Part shown: positions 31,150 through 43,300 of the stretch, in pieces | Layout of the letters: every line of letters starts with the position of its first letter | Numbering within the stretch: the stretch's first letter is position 1 | Assembly: GCA_000002445.1 (NCBI GenBank) | Contig: CP000071.1 | Span: 1,568,001-1,632,000, forward strand | Origin: Trypanosoma brucei | Taxonomy: Eukaryota | Direction: 5' to 3' | Length of the DNA: 64,000 nt | Notes under the pieces: model-generated | What the model was told of the DNA's origin: nothing | What the model saw: only the letters and a program-made list of their open reading frames with translations | Database searches by the model: none | Made by a program: the position numbers and the translations under genes

Positions 31150-34050
31150 TTACGTCGCTGATACCCCTAATCTTGCTTCGTACGCACGAAGCCGGGCGGT
31201 TAGTTGTCCAATTGCTGCATCTTTCCTCCCAATAAGTGTGTGTGTATCGTGCAACTTCGAACTTAAATCTGTCAACTCTTCTTGCATCCTTCGATTGTCG
31301 TCCTCGTATGTTGCAAGTCTCGAGGAAAGCAACCTCACTGTACCCTGCAATTCGCTATTCAACTGTTCGCGATGCCTACCCTCTTCTTGCAAACGCTCCT
31401 TCGCCGCTTCTGTTTGGCCCAACATTTCCTGTAGCTGAAGACGCTGCCGTTCCGCGTCCCGCTGAGTTTGCGCCATATCCTTTAGACATTGCGCTTTAGC
31501 CTTCTGCGCACGGCTAAGATCTGCACGGAGTGTGTTTAGCACGTCGTCAAGTCGATGTAAATCGTCCTCGCGGAGCAACTTCTCTTCTGCAAGTTGATCT
31601 CGCAGTGAACCCATAGATGTGTCAGCTTCCCGACGCAGCTGATTAACTTCCTCACGCAGTCGATGCAGTTCAGAGTCCTTGAGAGCAGCTGCCTCGTGCA
31701 CCTTTGTTGCATCATTATGTAGTTTCTCTGCTTCACGACGAAGTGCCAGGGCCTCTTCTTCATGTTGTTGTTTCTGCGTGTGTAGCTGTCTCTCATGTTC
31801 CTTGGCCATTTCTGCAGCTTCCTTTGCATGTTGTCGAGCGTCGGCTTCGGAGGCTTCCAGAGCCTCCTCAAGTTCAGTGATTCGCTCACCTACCGCGGCG
31901 AGTTCGGAGTTCTTACGCTGCAACTCCTCTTCAAGTTCCTGTCGCCGCGTCTGTGTACGACGATGTGCCACTTTGGACTCTTCAGCAGCATCTCGTGATT
32001 CCTGAAGTTTTTCTGCCGTTTCCTTCAGTGCTTGTCGCTCGTCGTCAAGACGCCGCTCGCATGCCTTGTACCTTGCCTCTATTTCTTCCAACGCGTGCTG
32101 AAGACGTTGGCATTCTGCCTCTGCTTGGGTCTTCTGCAAATACAAGGCTGCTGTATTTTTCTCTAAACTAATTTGGCATTCAGTAACCTCTCGTTCACGT
32201 TTGTCATCCGCATGCTTGGCTTCTTCAAGAAGTCGCTTGTTCTCTGTCCGTAAATTTTGCAGTGCTTGTGCTTTTAGTGCGATTTCGTCCCGCAGTCGTT
32301 GTTCCTCCAGATCTCGCTGTAGCAACCGCTGCTTTAAATCTTCGACCTCAGCAGTACATTCACGCAACTGGGCTCGAAGTAACTCCTGGCTGTTTTGACG
32401 CTCTTGGGCCGCAGCCCGTTCTCGAGCACGACATTCTGTTCGAAATGCTTCCATTTCAGTGGCCAAGCGAGTGGCAGTGGTTTGCAACCCCTCCGCACGT
32501 ATCGTGACAAGGTCCCGTTCCGCTTCTGCATTAACCCGCGCTGTGTTTTCATCAGCATGCTGTCGACGCAAGGTATCGATTACGCTCTGTAATTGGCTGA
32601 CCTTAACATTGTGTAGGTCACGCAGCTCCTCACACTGGCGCGCTGTTTCTTCGCTCATTGCCTCTTTTTCCTGCCGTAGCTGCTCCACAGCCTGGTTCAG
32701 TGCCTGTATCGTTTTTTCCTCACCTTTTAGTGTCCTCTGCCTACCTTCCTTCACCTGCTGTTCCGCCTCGTCACGCTGTTTTCGCGCCTCCTGAATTTCC
32801 TCCTGCAACTTGGTCAATTCTTGCACATATGATTCTTTAATAGTTTCTTGCTCCTTTGCATGTCTCTCCTCCTGCTCACGCAATCGCTCAGCAAGGCCAC
32901 GCTCGTGATCAAGTGCCTCCCGTCTCCACTCCTGCAGTTTGGCAGCGTCTTTCTCCATGCGAATCGTGAGTTCCTCATTCTGTGACGTCAACTCTTCAAT
33001 ACGGCGCAAATACCTCTGCTTGAATTCCTGTTGCCGCTGACTTGCCGCAGCCCGCTCCTTTTCCAGAACAGCTTCAGCATCAGCGAGTCGTTCCTGTTGT
33101 TGCTGCAATTTATCTTCCAGTTCTTGTCGGCACGTAAGCTGTTGTTCATAATCTTCTCGAGTGGAGTGCACCATGGCCCGCAGACTGGTTATCTCCCTCC
33201 CTTGTTCTGCTATGAGGGATTCTGTCTGCTGCCTGTAGTTTTCCATGATTTCACTCTTTTCTTTCCGTTCTCGTTCCAACAGGGCGAGGAGCTGCTGCTT
33301 GCGCTGAATTGCCTCCTCCGTTATTCGCGTTTTCTCCTCCAAAACACTCTCGGACAACCGTTTGAGGACTGCTATTTGCTCCATTAGTCCCTGAATATGC
33401 TCAGCGTTGTCTTCGCGCAGCTCTTGCATTGCCTCTTCAAAATTACTGCGTGCACGACGATTCGTCTCTTGCTCTTGTGCGAGGGCCGCACGTAAGCTAT
33501 CTATTTCCGCCGACTGCCTCGCGGCCTCCTCACGGGACTCCGCCAATTCTCGCTCCACATACACTAGCATCTCCCGTACCTCGACGTTTCGTAGCACTGA
33601 ACTGCCCTTCGCGCCGCCGTTATAATTTAAGTGAGCCGCTGCGTGTTGCCTATCACATAACACCGTGCAATGTAGATTTTCGGCGTCAAAATGTTCTGTT
33701 TCCCTTAGAGATGGTGTTGGTGTAAGAACGCTATCCGCAGGTTCTTCGTGCGATACCTCCAGCTCTGTCATCTTTCCGCTTTTCGCAGGCGTAACCATGA
33801 TCATCCCACCCATCTCACGTGCTTCATTGGTTGCTAGTGGCTGCTGTTCTCTGTAGGCAGTTAACCGGCCCTGCTTTGTGTCCGCGCTGCCAGCAATTCG
33901 GGCGAGGTTGTCGTTTGTAGAGCTGCCTTGTGAGCCAGAACCACAACCAGAGAACACGTCGGTGTGAAAAGACATTAAACTACTGAGTGGAAAGGGTGTA
34001 AAGAAACAAATGCGGGAGTAAAGTGAAATACAAGTAGACAGTCGGAACAA
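31150..34050 (-). CDS. large coiled-coil protein (966 aa)
   Basis: About 800 aa of heptad-like E/R/Q/L/A-rich sequence (myosin-tail/SMC-like composition). The first 25 codons are pyrimidine-rich and UTR-like, so the true start may be the Met at 33975. Confidence 0.6.
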   Translation of the reverse strand: MFRLSTCISLYSRICFFTPFPLSSLMSFHTDVFSGCGSGSQGSSTNDNLARIAGSADTKQGRLTAYREQQPLATNEAREMGGMIMVTPAKSGKMTELEVSHEEPADSVLTPTPSLRETEHFDAENLHCTVLCDRQHAAAHLNYNGGAKGSSVLRNVEVREMLVYVERELAESREEAARQSAEIDSLRAALAQEQETNRRARSNFEEAMQELREDNAEHIQGLMEQIAVLKRLSESVLEEKTRITEEAIQRKQQLLALLERERKEKSEIMENYRQQTESLIAEQGREITSLRAMVHSTREDYEQQLTCRQELEDKLQQQQERLADAEAVLEKERAAASQRQQEFKQRYLRRIEELTSQNEELTIRMEKDAAKLQEWRREALDHERGLAERLREQEERHAKEQETIKESYVQELTKLQEEIQEARKQRDEAEQQVKEGRQRTLKGEEKTIQALNQAVEQLRQEKEAMSEETARQCEELRDLHNVKVSQLQSVIDTLRRQHADENTARVNAEAERDLVTIRAEGLQTTATRLATEMEAFRTECRARERAAAQERQNSQELLRAQLRECTAEVEDLKQRLLQRDLEEQRLRDEIALKAQALQNLRTENKRLLEEAKHADDKREREVTECQISLEKNTAALYLQKTQAEAECQRLQHALEEIEARYKACERRLDDERQALKETAEKLQESRDAAEESKVAHRRTQTRRQELEEELQRKNSELAAVGERITELEEALEASEADARQHAKEAAEMAKEHERQLHTQKQQHEEEALALRREAEKLHNDATKVHEAAALKDSELHRLREEVNQLRREADTSMGSLRDQLAEEKLLREDDLHRLDDVLNTLRADLSRAQKAKAQCLKDMAQTQRDAERQRLQLQEMLGQTEAAKERLQEEGRHREQLNSELQGTVRLLSSRLATYEDDNRRMQEELTDLSSKLHDTHTLIGRKDAAIGQLTARLRAYEARLGVSAT

Positions 34051-34290
34051 GAGACACTTACTCTAACATTCACCGCAACTAATTAAAAGGATGCTTGGAC
34101 TTCAAATCTTCTTATTCCCAGGTGTTCGCAGCTCCATAACGTGGGATTATGATGAGTGGCCCTTGTGCGGGAGCTGCGAGGTCGACAAAAGCATGGCAAA
34201 AAACAAACAGAACGTCACAGCCACGCCTGCAAGTTAGAAAGTTGAGAATGACAGTTAGAATAGCAAACGTTAAGAAATGGAAGGAATCTC

Positions 34291-34610
34291 ATCACAAAAA
34301 GGGGGAAATACCGGCATGAGTTAATATGGGACAGTTGCATTGTCCAAACTGTTGGGGTGGGAGGCTCTCCTGACTCACTGAGGAATAAACAAGGCGGGAA
34401 ACAGTCACCGCAACAAACGCCTTGTTTCCCCAGGTCAGTAGAGCAGTGCAGCAACCAATCACTTGAAATGCTCGCCCACACTCCCGTTCGACGCACCGTA
34501 CGAATTTCCCCACATTTCCAGGTCATAGTTGCCGTTTGTAGCGGTGGAAACAAACTCTACACACCTGCTCACGATGTTCCCACGCCTCGCAAGCGAAGAT
34601 AGGAAGAAAA
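34291..34610. repeat. 320-bp dispersed direct repeat, copy B
   Basis: See copy A. Both copies lie in intergenic spacers of the - strand cluster, 200-240 bp upstream (in the transcription sense) of the next gene's ATG. Confidence 0.9.
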
Positions 34611-35878
34611 AAAACGAGTATAGAAAAGACCCCTCCTCACACACACTGCGAGTCGCCAGGCGCATACAGACAATACTGTTGTTGGTGCTGCCGTACTTGC
34701 TGACTTCGTTTGATTTCCTCAGTAGTCAGATTTCGTCGTTAGAAAATAGAGTCACAGCTCTTCATGAGGCGGAAAATTTCACCGCACGTACGGCACTTTA
34801 GTAACTTGTGCGTGCAACCCTCTTTTTACCAGGCAAGTGTAATCAGTCCATTTCTCAGTTTTTGAAGGGAAAGGAGTAGCACTAAACACAGTACACTGTG
34901 TCAGTGATCCGGCCCTCTCATTGTAACAAAAGCGTGTACGGCCATAAATGTCAATTGTGTGTGGTCTTTCCACTATCGTGCCCAACAATTTTTGGGGAAG
35001 AGATAGCACGTGAGTCTTGCCCGCAAAATGGCAAAAGAGCACCACGTACAAATTGCGGGGCAAGATGTATCTAAGCAGGGGGGGGGGTAAACAACCCACC
35101 GGGGGCGTTCAGCCATTGGTGTTGGCACCGTGCAGTGAACCATGCCTGTGTAGCGGTGGGGAAGCCTCCGGCATAACCAAAGGAGTTTGCCAATCAGTCG
35201 TTTATTTCCTAGTTAAAGCCGAATCAATGTTACACAACTCTTTGCGGTTCCATGTCACTAACTTCCTAAATGACAAGGGTCTCCCCTGTAAGTTCGAAAG
35301 TGAACGTATGGAAAGTGAGCACCCGTCACCCATCCTCCAACACACACGTAAATAGAGCGTATATGATTATCCAACAAAAACTGCAAACAAAAGGGTAAAG
35401 TACAAATATCGTTATCCCCTCCTAAGAGGAAGTAACGCAGTACAGGGTAAAAACTGTCTTGCCTTCAGAGACGCAGCTTGGGCACCCATAGCGTTTGGGT
35501 CTGTGTTTCGGGCGTTTGTGGTAGGTTGGTGATACTTCGATCATTGAGAACAAACCTTCAAGTCACCTTATCTGCAAAACGCTGCCAGCGGAACCGCCAT
35601 ACTACTGCATAAAATCTAAATTGCACTGCACTCTGCAAGTGATGAGTGCTTATCGTAGAACACCGAACTGAGAAAAGTGCCGAAACTATGTTATATCTGA
35701 CAGGTGATATTACATGGTGTGTGAGAAATTACTAGGGAAATAGCAGCAACACAAAATAAAACAACCAACAATATCTGAGGAGATATGATGAACTAACCGA
35801 ACGACGAACAAAACTTCATTACGTTCGATTTCTGGAAGTAAAAGACATTGTTGACTTCAACTAAAATGGAGGTGAACA

Positions 35879-37780
35879 TCAATTAGGTTTGCTGAAAACA
35901 GTACTCACTCCCTCCAGACGATGCACTAAATCGGTGGCGCGCTGCTTCCACAACGCCCCCGTATCCCTAAAAAAAACTCCACGGTAGTCTCGTTCAAGTA
36001 TTGCCCCTTGGGCCTCCACCGCCTCAACCATCCTCCGCGTGTGTTGCAGCAACTCCATCTTTGGCTCATACTGAGGGGATTTGGTTGACAGTACGCACTT
36101 CTCGCTGGTACCGCCGCTCGTTGGGAAGTTTCCCGGAAGTTCTGCGCTGCAGGAAAGTAACCCGGACCAAAACACAACTTTCGACCAGACGTGCTGAACA
36201 ATGCTACTGGCACTTCCAATTCCCCTTTCTTGTCTGCTGGCTGGCTTGGAAAGCAGTTCTGGGATAAAATAACGATGTGTGCGGTTCTTGTTTTCAATAT
36301 CATCTTTCAGCGAGTTACGTAGCTGAAAAACGCGCTCCCTTAAACGCCAGTAACTCTCAAATCCTGCCCCCAGTGCTCCCCGTTCCTCTAATGTAAAAAC
36401 AGGCCCTACGGAGGTGCCAAGATTTTCTGTTTGGGGACGCCTTAGTTCCTTGAGCATTTCAAACACTGCCGCTGCTTCCGACACGCATTCGTTGTACTCG
36501 GCACTATAGCGTGCAAATGCGGTAATGTCATCCTCTGTGACACATTCGGACCAATAAAGAATCAGTGAGTCCCTCATGTACCGAAACTCACATATTGATG
36601 GTCGAAAGACTATAGTAACTTGGTCCGACCTTCCACAGGCTAAAGATACTCCAAGGCGCTCCAGTTGTTCAACCTCCGAATTCAGTTCATCGATGAACTC
36701 TCTGAGTGCTTTATAGTACGCTGGAAGAAGAAGCCGTCGATTAAGTCTCTGGTCATGGAATGTGTATTCATGGTCGTAGAATAGGTTTAGCTGACTCTGA
36801 TGTCTTAGAAAGACACTTCGGACGTCATGAATCTCGTACACGGTCACTCGCACTGTCCGCGCGCGTCTCATAGCGGGGCGCGGCTCGTTATATGTTGCAG
36901 AAAACGGCTCGGGTGAAACACGCTCTTGCCGCTCGAGCAATGGCTGAGCGGGTTCCAACCTATGTGCCTCAGCTGTCCACTTGAAATCATCTTGCAATTG
37001 GTCACAACTCCCATTGCTGTCTCCTTCATCGGTGCCACATTGTACGTCTTCGTGAATGACATAACCACCCGCAGACGGAACTGTGCCCTCACCGTCAATT
37101 ACGCTAATGGCGTTTGACACCCAGGAAATAAGGACATCAAACGTCCGAAGGAACATAGCAAATGACATATTAACATAGAAAGTACTTCTTTCATCCTGAT
37201 TAACGGTACAGTTCTGTCTGCCGTTGCTCACAAGTGTGTGCCTTTCCTCCGTGCCCCCCAACCCTGGTTGAGGACATGGACTCCCGCCATGGCCACTAAC
37301 CTTACCTCTTACTACTCCGTCGAAAGTCCTTCTACCCAGTGTTGACACCGAGAAGGCAAAACCATACTTCTCGTTTATGGACCTTAGTACTGATCTTCCA
37401 TTTTCGAGTCGCCGAAGCAGAGAAAGTAAATACATTCTGTGTGAGTTCGATGGAGGACCCGAGCCAGATGGTTCGATGACGACAGGAGTTTCGGTAAATA
37501 TTTTCTTAGAACCCGCGGAAAACGAGCTGCGAAAGTGCTCTATGGGAAACGATGCTGCCCCCAAAGCTACCGACTGCCCCGCGGCGCTACTGAAAGGTGT
37601 AAGAGGGCGCTCCCACACAAGACTGCACACACTATTTGTATCTACAACGAGAGCTTCGCATGTTTCCTTGAGTAGACCGATGTCATTCTTGGTGAAGTCG
37701 AGGTGATATGTTGCAAACCAAACTAAAGCCTCTGTGTTCCACTCTTTGGGGAAAATGGCAGCCATTTTCGAAGCACACAC
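35879..37780 (-). CDS. hypothetical protein (633 aa)
   Basis: Long ORF on the cluster strand. No recognised domain. Confidence 0.55.
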   Translation of the reverse strand: MCASKMAAIFPKEWNTEALVWFATYHLDFTKNDIGLLKETCEALVVDTNSVCSLVWERPLTPFSSAAGQSVALGAASFPIEHFRSSFSAGSKKIFTETPVVIEPSGSGPPSNSHRMYLLSLLRRLENGRSVLRSINEKYGFAFSVSTLGRRTFDGVVRGKVSGHGGSPCPQPGLGGTEERHTLVSNGRQNCTVNQDERSTFYVNMSFAMFLRTFDVLISWVSNAISVIDGEGTVPSAGGYVIHEDVQCGTDEGDSNGSCDQLQDDFKWTAEAHRLEPAQPLLERQERVSPEPFSATYNEPRPAMRRARTVRVTVYEIHDVRSVFLRHQSQLNLFYDHEYTFHDQRLNRRLLLPAYYKALREFIDELNSEVEQLERLGVSLACGRSDQVTIVFRPSICEFRYMRDSLILYWSECVTEDDITAFARYSAEYNECVSEAAAVFEMLKELRRPQTENLGTSVGPVFTLEERGALGAGFESYWRLRERVFQLRNSLKDDIENKNRTHRYFIPELLSKPASRQERGIGSASSIVQHVWSKVVFWSGLLSCSAELPGNFPTSGGTSEKCVLSTKSPQYEPKMELLQHTRRMVEAVEAQGAILERDYRGVFFRDTGALWKQRATDLVHRLEGVSTVFSKPN

Positions 37781-38119
37781 CGATGGGACAGCGTCCGACC
37801 AACGTTAATTTGTGAGGAGACAAATCCACGGTACTGACCTTCAGTTTTGCTTGTGTTTTTCGTGTGTTGAGACAAAAGCAAGTGATTATACAAGGAAACT
37901 TTTTTTTTTTAATCACGAGGGGATAAATTTGTATACCTGCAGTGGCACGTGAAGATCCAAAGCCTTGTGTCAACCTCTCAATTACCCTAACACAACTTAT
38001 TGACGGGCCCCTATTGGAGGAAGGAGTTGTTATATCAGATGTCCCCCTTTACAGGTTTAACAGACATGTTTAAGGTCGTAAATGAGTAAATAATCACAAC
38101 TAAAACCGCACGTAACTGA

Positions 38120-39484
38120 TTACAACTCCGAGAGTGATGATCGATAGTCTTCCAATTCATCCATCATTTTGAAAGGCCGCGCCACAATGTAATGTGTTGT
38201 ACCAAAGTGTCTTTCGTCCTTTTTAATTATGGTAATTCCAGCTAGGCGAAGGTACCGCTGAATATCTCTGTTCCACCAACATCCCCACATCTTAGCATGC
38301 CGTGGTGCCCACTTGTCGAGGTAGTTGTTAACACGTGACCAGTGTCCCTTGCCGTGCTCAAGCAGAAGTAAGTGCCCGTCGGGTTTACACACTCGTGACA
38401 TCTCCCTGAGTGCCCTCACTGGGTCATCATAACTGCATAACCCGAACATATCAACAACAGTGTCAAAACTATTGTCCGAGAAGGGCATTTGCTCGGCAGC
38501 ATAATTTGCCACAGAGAAGGTTTGATTCTTTGCGGCACTTCCATCATGGAGAATCCTCTTTTCCCCCTCTGATTCGCGCTTTTTTAACTCAGTTAAGCCA
38601 CTTTCGCTTAGAAGGGGAAGTGTAGTACCGGAGAAAGCGGATGAAAGAATGGGAGGAACCAATTCCTTGGTGCCTTGGGCACCATTTCCATCTTCCGCGG
38701 TTAAACACCCTTTCGCGAGAGTGGTCTCGGTAACACCAGTGCCACACTCCCTCAACTGTTGGGTTTCCACAGGGGGTCCTTCCATGACACTACGCCTGCC
38801 AGGCATCTCACTGGCAGCGGTATTTTCCTTATATTCATCCACAGATGTTCGCGTATCAACCTGCATTTCAACCAAATCGTAGTCTGGGTAACGATACGGT
38901 TGGTACCCATAACGCCGATAAACCTGCTCCGCTGTCGACTGGATCATCCCGGGGGAGCGATCGCATAAAACTACCTCAGTTACGGTATTCTGTTTTATTG
39001 CGGCATGATCTTCTTCGGTACTACCGTTCACCGTTGGCGGATCACTTGCGGAACTCACTACAGCGTCGTAATAAGACAGAACACCACCGCACCCAGCACC
39101 AACTTCGAGCACACGCCCCCGTAGCAGCCCTTCATCCCACAACAGTCGTCGGCGCAATCGGCTTATACCGAGGAGAAACTCTTGGCTCCGAGTTTTTTTG
39201 TCGTAGGCGCTTTCAATTGACAAAACATTATAACGTTCGATACGCTGCCTATCACTCACCGCGTAAGAAGGCGGAGGACTAAGAGCAAGTCCAACGACAT
39301 ACGCGGTTCCAACGAAGGTCGTTGCACATGATGTAAAAACAATGACACGGCTAAGTATTGCCATGCGATCGACCAGCTCTAATGGATGGCAAGCACAGCC
39401 AACGGAAGATGGGGGCAAATAGAGCACAACAGCCTTGACTGCAAGCACGACTACGTAGCTGGCATACGAAGCAGTTGTAAACAA
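38120..39484 (-). CDS. class I SAM-dependent methyltransferase-like protein with an N-terminal hydrophobic anchor
   Basis: Motif I VLEVGAGCGGVLSYY (hhhDhGxGxG), a later acidic beta-2 end, and the post-II segment KPDGHLLLLEHG are typical of the Methyltransf_11/METTL family. The N-terminus has one or two hydrophobic helices. The start may be the internal Met at 39364. Confidence 0.7.
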   Translation of the reverse strand: MFTTASYASYVVVLAVKAVVLYLPPSSVGCACHPLELVDRMAILSRVIVFTSCATTFVGTAYVVGLALSPPPSYAVSDRQRIERYNVLSIESAYDKKTRSQEFLLGISRLRRRLLWDEGLLRGRVLEVGAGCGGVLSYYDAVVSSASDPPTVNGSTEEDHAAIKQNTVTEVVLCDRSPGMIQSTAEQVYRRYGYQPYRYPDYDLVEMQVDTRTSVDEYKENTAASEMPGRRSVMEGPPVETQQLRECGTGVTETTLAKGCLTAEDGNGAQGTKELVPPILSSAFSGTTLPLLSESGLTELKKRESEGEKRILHDGSAAKNQTFSVANYAAEQMPFSDNSFDTVVDMFGLCSYDDPVRALREMSRVCKPDGHLLLLEHGKGHWSRVNNYLDKWAPRHAKMWGCWWNRDIQRYLRLAGITIIKKDERHFGTTHYIVARPFKMMDELEDYRSSLSEL

Positions 39485-39691
39485 AAGTCAATGACCACAT
39501 GGGCTTCATTTGGATATATATTGATGGAAGGTGAAAACAAGCCCACACACCCAGAGGAGTGGGGGGGGGCGGAGGAGGAAATGTAAAACTTGCTTTGAAG
39601 AAAAAACATTTTTCCTCAAAAATTGAAGCAAAATAGCAACGCAGCGAAAATATATATAATGCAAAATTTCCTGGAGTAGCTCTTGTGGCAA

Positions 39692-40339
39692 CTATGCCGC
39701 CAGTCGAACACGCTCGTCGTCCTCGAGAGTTGCACGCTCACGAACCCTTTGCTCAGACGGTAGTTGTGATACCGGGACAACCATGCTCTTCAAAGAAGTT
39801 AGATCACTGACTTGACCTTCGGCAGAGCACAATTCGCTCAGAAGTTCGCTTTCATCATAGACAACAAGTTGCTGCGCTAGAATTTCGTTGATTTGCTTTG
39901 ACTCTTCTACCACGTCAGCTGTACTATCCATTAACTCCAAAACATCATCCATGTTCAATATAGCGTTAAGTTTTGACAGCTCATCCTTGCCACATTTAAG
40001 GGCCTCCACTACTTCTCTTTCGATTTGAGCAAACTCCACTGTGCATATCAACCTTTCTACGTTCTCAAGCATTGAAGTAACTAATGTTATTTGTGACATC
40101 TGGGCCTTTCTTCTTTTTAAACAGTAGAGAGCCAATTCCCGTTTACCATTTCTCAGCAACTCAGCAGCTCTAACATGTTCGCCCTCCGCAGCTCGCTCAT
40201 ATTTCCTTATTGCGGCCATAATTTTATCACGCTGCAACTTCAGCTCCAACTGCACCCTATCAAGGGATGTTATTACAGCCCCTTGGCGTTTGGTTTGTGA
40301 GGCCGGTGGACGTACCGTGCTACTTCCGTTGTTGCCCAT
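39692..40339 (-). CDS. ESCRT-III subunit, Vps20/CHMP6-like (Snf7 family)
   Basis: Snf7-type alternating charged helices (LELKLQRDKIMAAIRKYERAAEGEHVRAAELLRNGKRELALYCLKRRKAQ...). Counting from the internal Met, the product begins MGNNGSS, an N-myristoylation consensus (G2, S6) that among ESCRT-III proteins is specific to Vps20/CHMP6. ORF 39692..40363 is trimmed to that Met. Confidence 0.75.
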   Translation of the reverse strand: MGNNGSSTVRPPASQTKRQGAVITSLDRVQLELKLQRDKIMAAIRKYERAAEGEHVRAAELLRNGKRELALYCLKRRKAQMSQITLVTSMLENVERLICTVEFAQIEREVVEALKCGKDELSKLNAILNMDDVLELMDSTADVVEESKQINEILAQQLVVYDESELLSELCSAEGQVSDLTSLKSMVVPVSQLPSEQRVRERATLEDDERVRLAA

Positions 40340-43300
40340 GAAAACTTCTCCCTCAAGTAGCACCAGAAATTAAACACAAGGATACACATGCACTTAAATT
40401 GATTGGATCAGAGAGACATCAGTAGCCGAAAAGAACGACACACAGGAAATGGAACGAACCAAACATTAAAGTCCTCGCGGTATGGGCACACACACAAAAA
40501 AAAAAACAAGCCCACTGACCACCAGAGCAAAAACCTATTTAACAGAAAAAGTAATGTTACGGCGGCACGGTGTAGAATATAGACATATTATGTGCAGAGG
40601 TAAAGAACAAAACATTTTCAACGCTCGAAAATGCAGACGCAAAAAATGAAAAACTACCGGAATACAAGGCATGTCCTCATTGTCACTGAAATGTTTGCAA
40701 CAAAACCAATATTCCCTATCAGGCAATGAAAACACAACAGAACATCAAACTAGGAACTACCTCCATAGAGATCATTAGTCGGAGATGAAGGAGTCGGGAG
40801 GAACACGGGGGGGGGGGGGTGAACGCATATACCTCCGTACAAAAAGAGACACTTAAATAACAAACTTCTACGAATGATTCCAAGAGATCAAGTACAGGGG
40901 GCGGGAACAAAACATAAAAAACAAAGATACAGACTTCACTTTCACCGTGCATATAAAACCTCGCGTTGTACATAACTCAAACATTCTATATGATGGTTAT
41001 GCACGGATTTAACGACCACACACGATAAAAGGAATGGGAGGAGGCGCTGCACCACTTTCATCAATACGAGAAGAATACAGTACATCTGCAACACCACAAA
41101 TTCATTAAGCTAGCTTACTACCATATAGGGCGTTGCGATCTTCCTCTAGTCGACACCTTTTATCATTGAAAAAATAAAATAAACAGCCTTTTAAGTGCTA
41201 AAATGCGGCTAAACTAAGTGAATAAATAATCCTGATGACGACCCACTTCCTCCAAAAAAGAAAAAAAGAACATAATACTCGTAGTGGAAAATGGGCCCAC
41301 GCCCTTTGTTACATAGAATTGCTTGCGCACAATGTACGTACGCCCCTTGTCGTTTCTCAGTTAAACAAGAAAACAAAGAAAAGGGTCACTCACAGGAACA
41401 TACATGTGTAAGTGTATGCTGTCCTACGCGGACGCTGACTGAACTGGATGCGTCTAATGTTACAGAAACAATGAAACCCGCAACATGATACAGAATGCCT
41501 CCCCGCCGTTCAGCACACGCTGAGCACCCACTATTTCTCTATCTTAAAGGCCAGTCTCGCCCGCGAGCAACGGGCCGCTCTCCTTACCCGAAAAATGCCC
41601 AAAAGGCTCCCGCTTGAACAAATCACTTTCCTAGCATCAACACGTCGATTAAATGCTGTCAACAGACAAAACACCCAACGGCTACATCTTTAATTATTGC
41701 GTTGATCCTTCCTTCCTTGATGCATCGAAGGACAACCCTTAACGAAGCCTCTTTACAGACAACCCAACGGCAGCAGGCAGAGACACATACGACTCCGCAT
41801 CGAGGGACAGCGGCGTAGGGAAGAGGGGAGGAAATGAACACTTCAAGGTGCTGTCCGCGGAGGCGACGGGCCGTGGATTGTTGGGAAGATGTTTCAGGGA
41901 AACTCTTACACTGGCACTACATGGCGTGCTTAGACGCGGAAGCAGACATCTGAAGGTTTCGAGAGCTATTACCCTCCAAAAAAGTGAGATCCCGTGACTC
42001 CTGTGGCGAACGTGACGAAGCCGCGGGGGGTCGGATGGCAAACCCCTGCGGATGTGACTACAGAGCTGCAGAATACATCGTGCGGCACGAAGTCCGCAAC
42101 CGATGCCACTGGAAAAACACACCCTCCCCCCTACTACCAGACCCAACTGGCATTTGTCACGAGGCGGTGCAGGGGTTGCGGCTCTCTCCCCCCCCCTATG
42201 ACTGGCTTAAGCAGAAAATGAACGCTGAGATGACAAGAACATGGCCACGACGGATTAGAAAAGCACATACGGGTGGTTGCAACGGTTTTTCCGCGTGTGG
42301 TAATGTCCTTTGACCTCCGGCCGCAGCCCGCACTGCGTTTCATTCCCCGAAGGTTGCCTACTCGCGTTCTTTCGCAGGGTGTGGGGTGTCGCCCGGTCCC
42401 TGCTTGAGATTGCGTCGGTGGGACCGGGGGCCCCCCCGCTGCCCCGTATTTGGGGGAATGGGTGGGTTTTCGTAGTGTGCTTCGTGGTTCGGGCATTCAG
42501 TCGTCGCATTTTCCTCTTTTGAAGTTCCAAGTTGCCTCTGTCTTCGGCTTTGTATCGTTGGTGGCGTAAGTGACTAGGATTGCATGATGGATTGGATGGT
42601 TTGGCTTTTCCCCTTGGGTTGTTTCGCGTAATATTTGTACAGAGGTAAGTACATTTAACTTTTACTATAGAACACCTATTGAGCTAACGGGAAGGACGCT
42701 GCATATCTATATCCTTTAGCGTAGGAGGGGAATCTTGCGAGGATGTTCGGCGTCGTGTAAACAGTAGTGGCTGTGATGTCGTTTTTGCCTCCCCCCTTTT
42801 TTACCGCTTGCGTGCATATACGAGGAATTGTCTTTTTTTCCCCACTGTACACTACTTCGTGGCTGACGCCAGAGTTAAAGTTTGAAGGCCTCGCAACGTA
42901 TTTCCCTCGCTTTTGTGAGTCTGCGGTAAATGTATGTGGTGCGCAGAACAGCGGGTGACAGTCTTTTGCTGTGGTGCGTTGGCCCATTCAAAGTAATGCC
43001 GCATGGCTTCACGCTTTACGTACTGCTAAATCACACCCAGTTTGCCTCGAATTCATTGTCAACATGCCGTTTTCCGTTGTTAGCCTCGTATTTTGGCGCT
43101 CGAGTTTGTTACTCAGTGTCTTTAGGTAGCGTAGTGGAGGTGAAGGCATGAAAGAGTGCAAGCGCGAACTATTTTGTAATTTGGTCCTGCCTTGTTTACA
43201 CGGAGGTGTCGGTTTTTTTTTTTTTTGATGACTCACGGTACTGGCTGGTGTTGGTGGGTGTGGATGTTATCACTTCATTTTTTTTTTTAAAGACCCCATC

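Noticed and set aside
31150-34050. Many antisense ORFs (60-118 aa) across the coiled-coil gene, e.g. 31679..32005, 32459..32794, 33031..33387
   Set aside because: They are a typical artefact of repetitive GAG/CAG-rich coiled-coil coding sequence, which reads as Ser/Ala/Cys-rich ORFs on the opposite strand.
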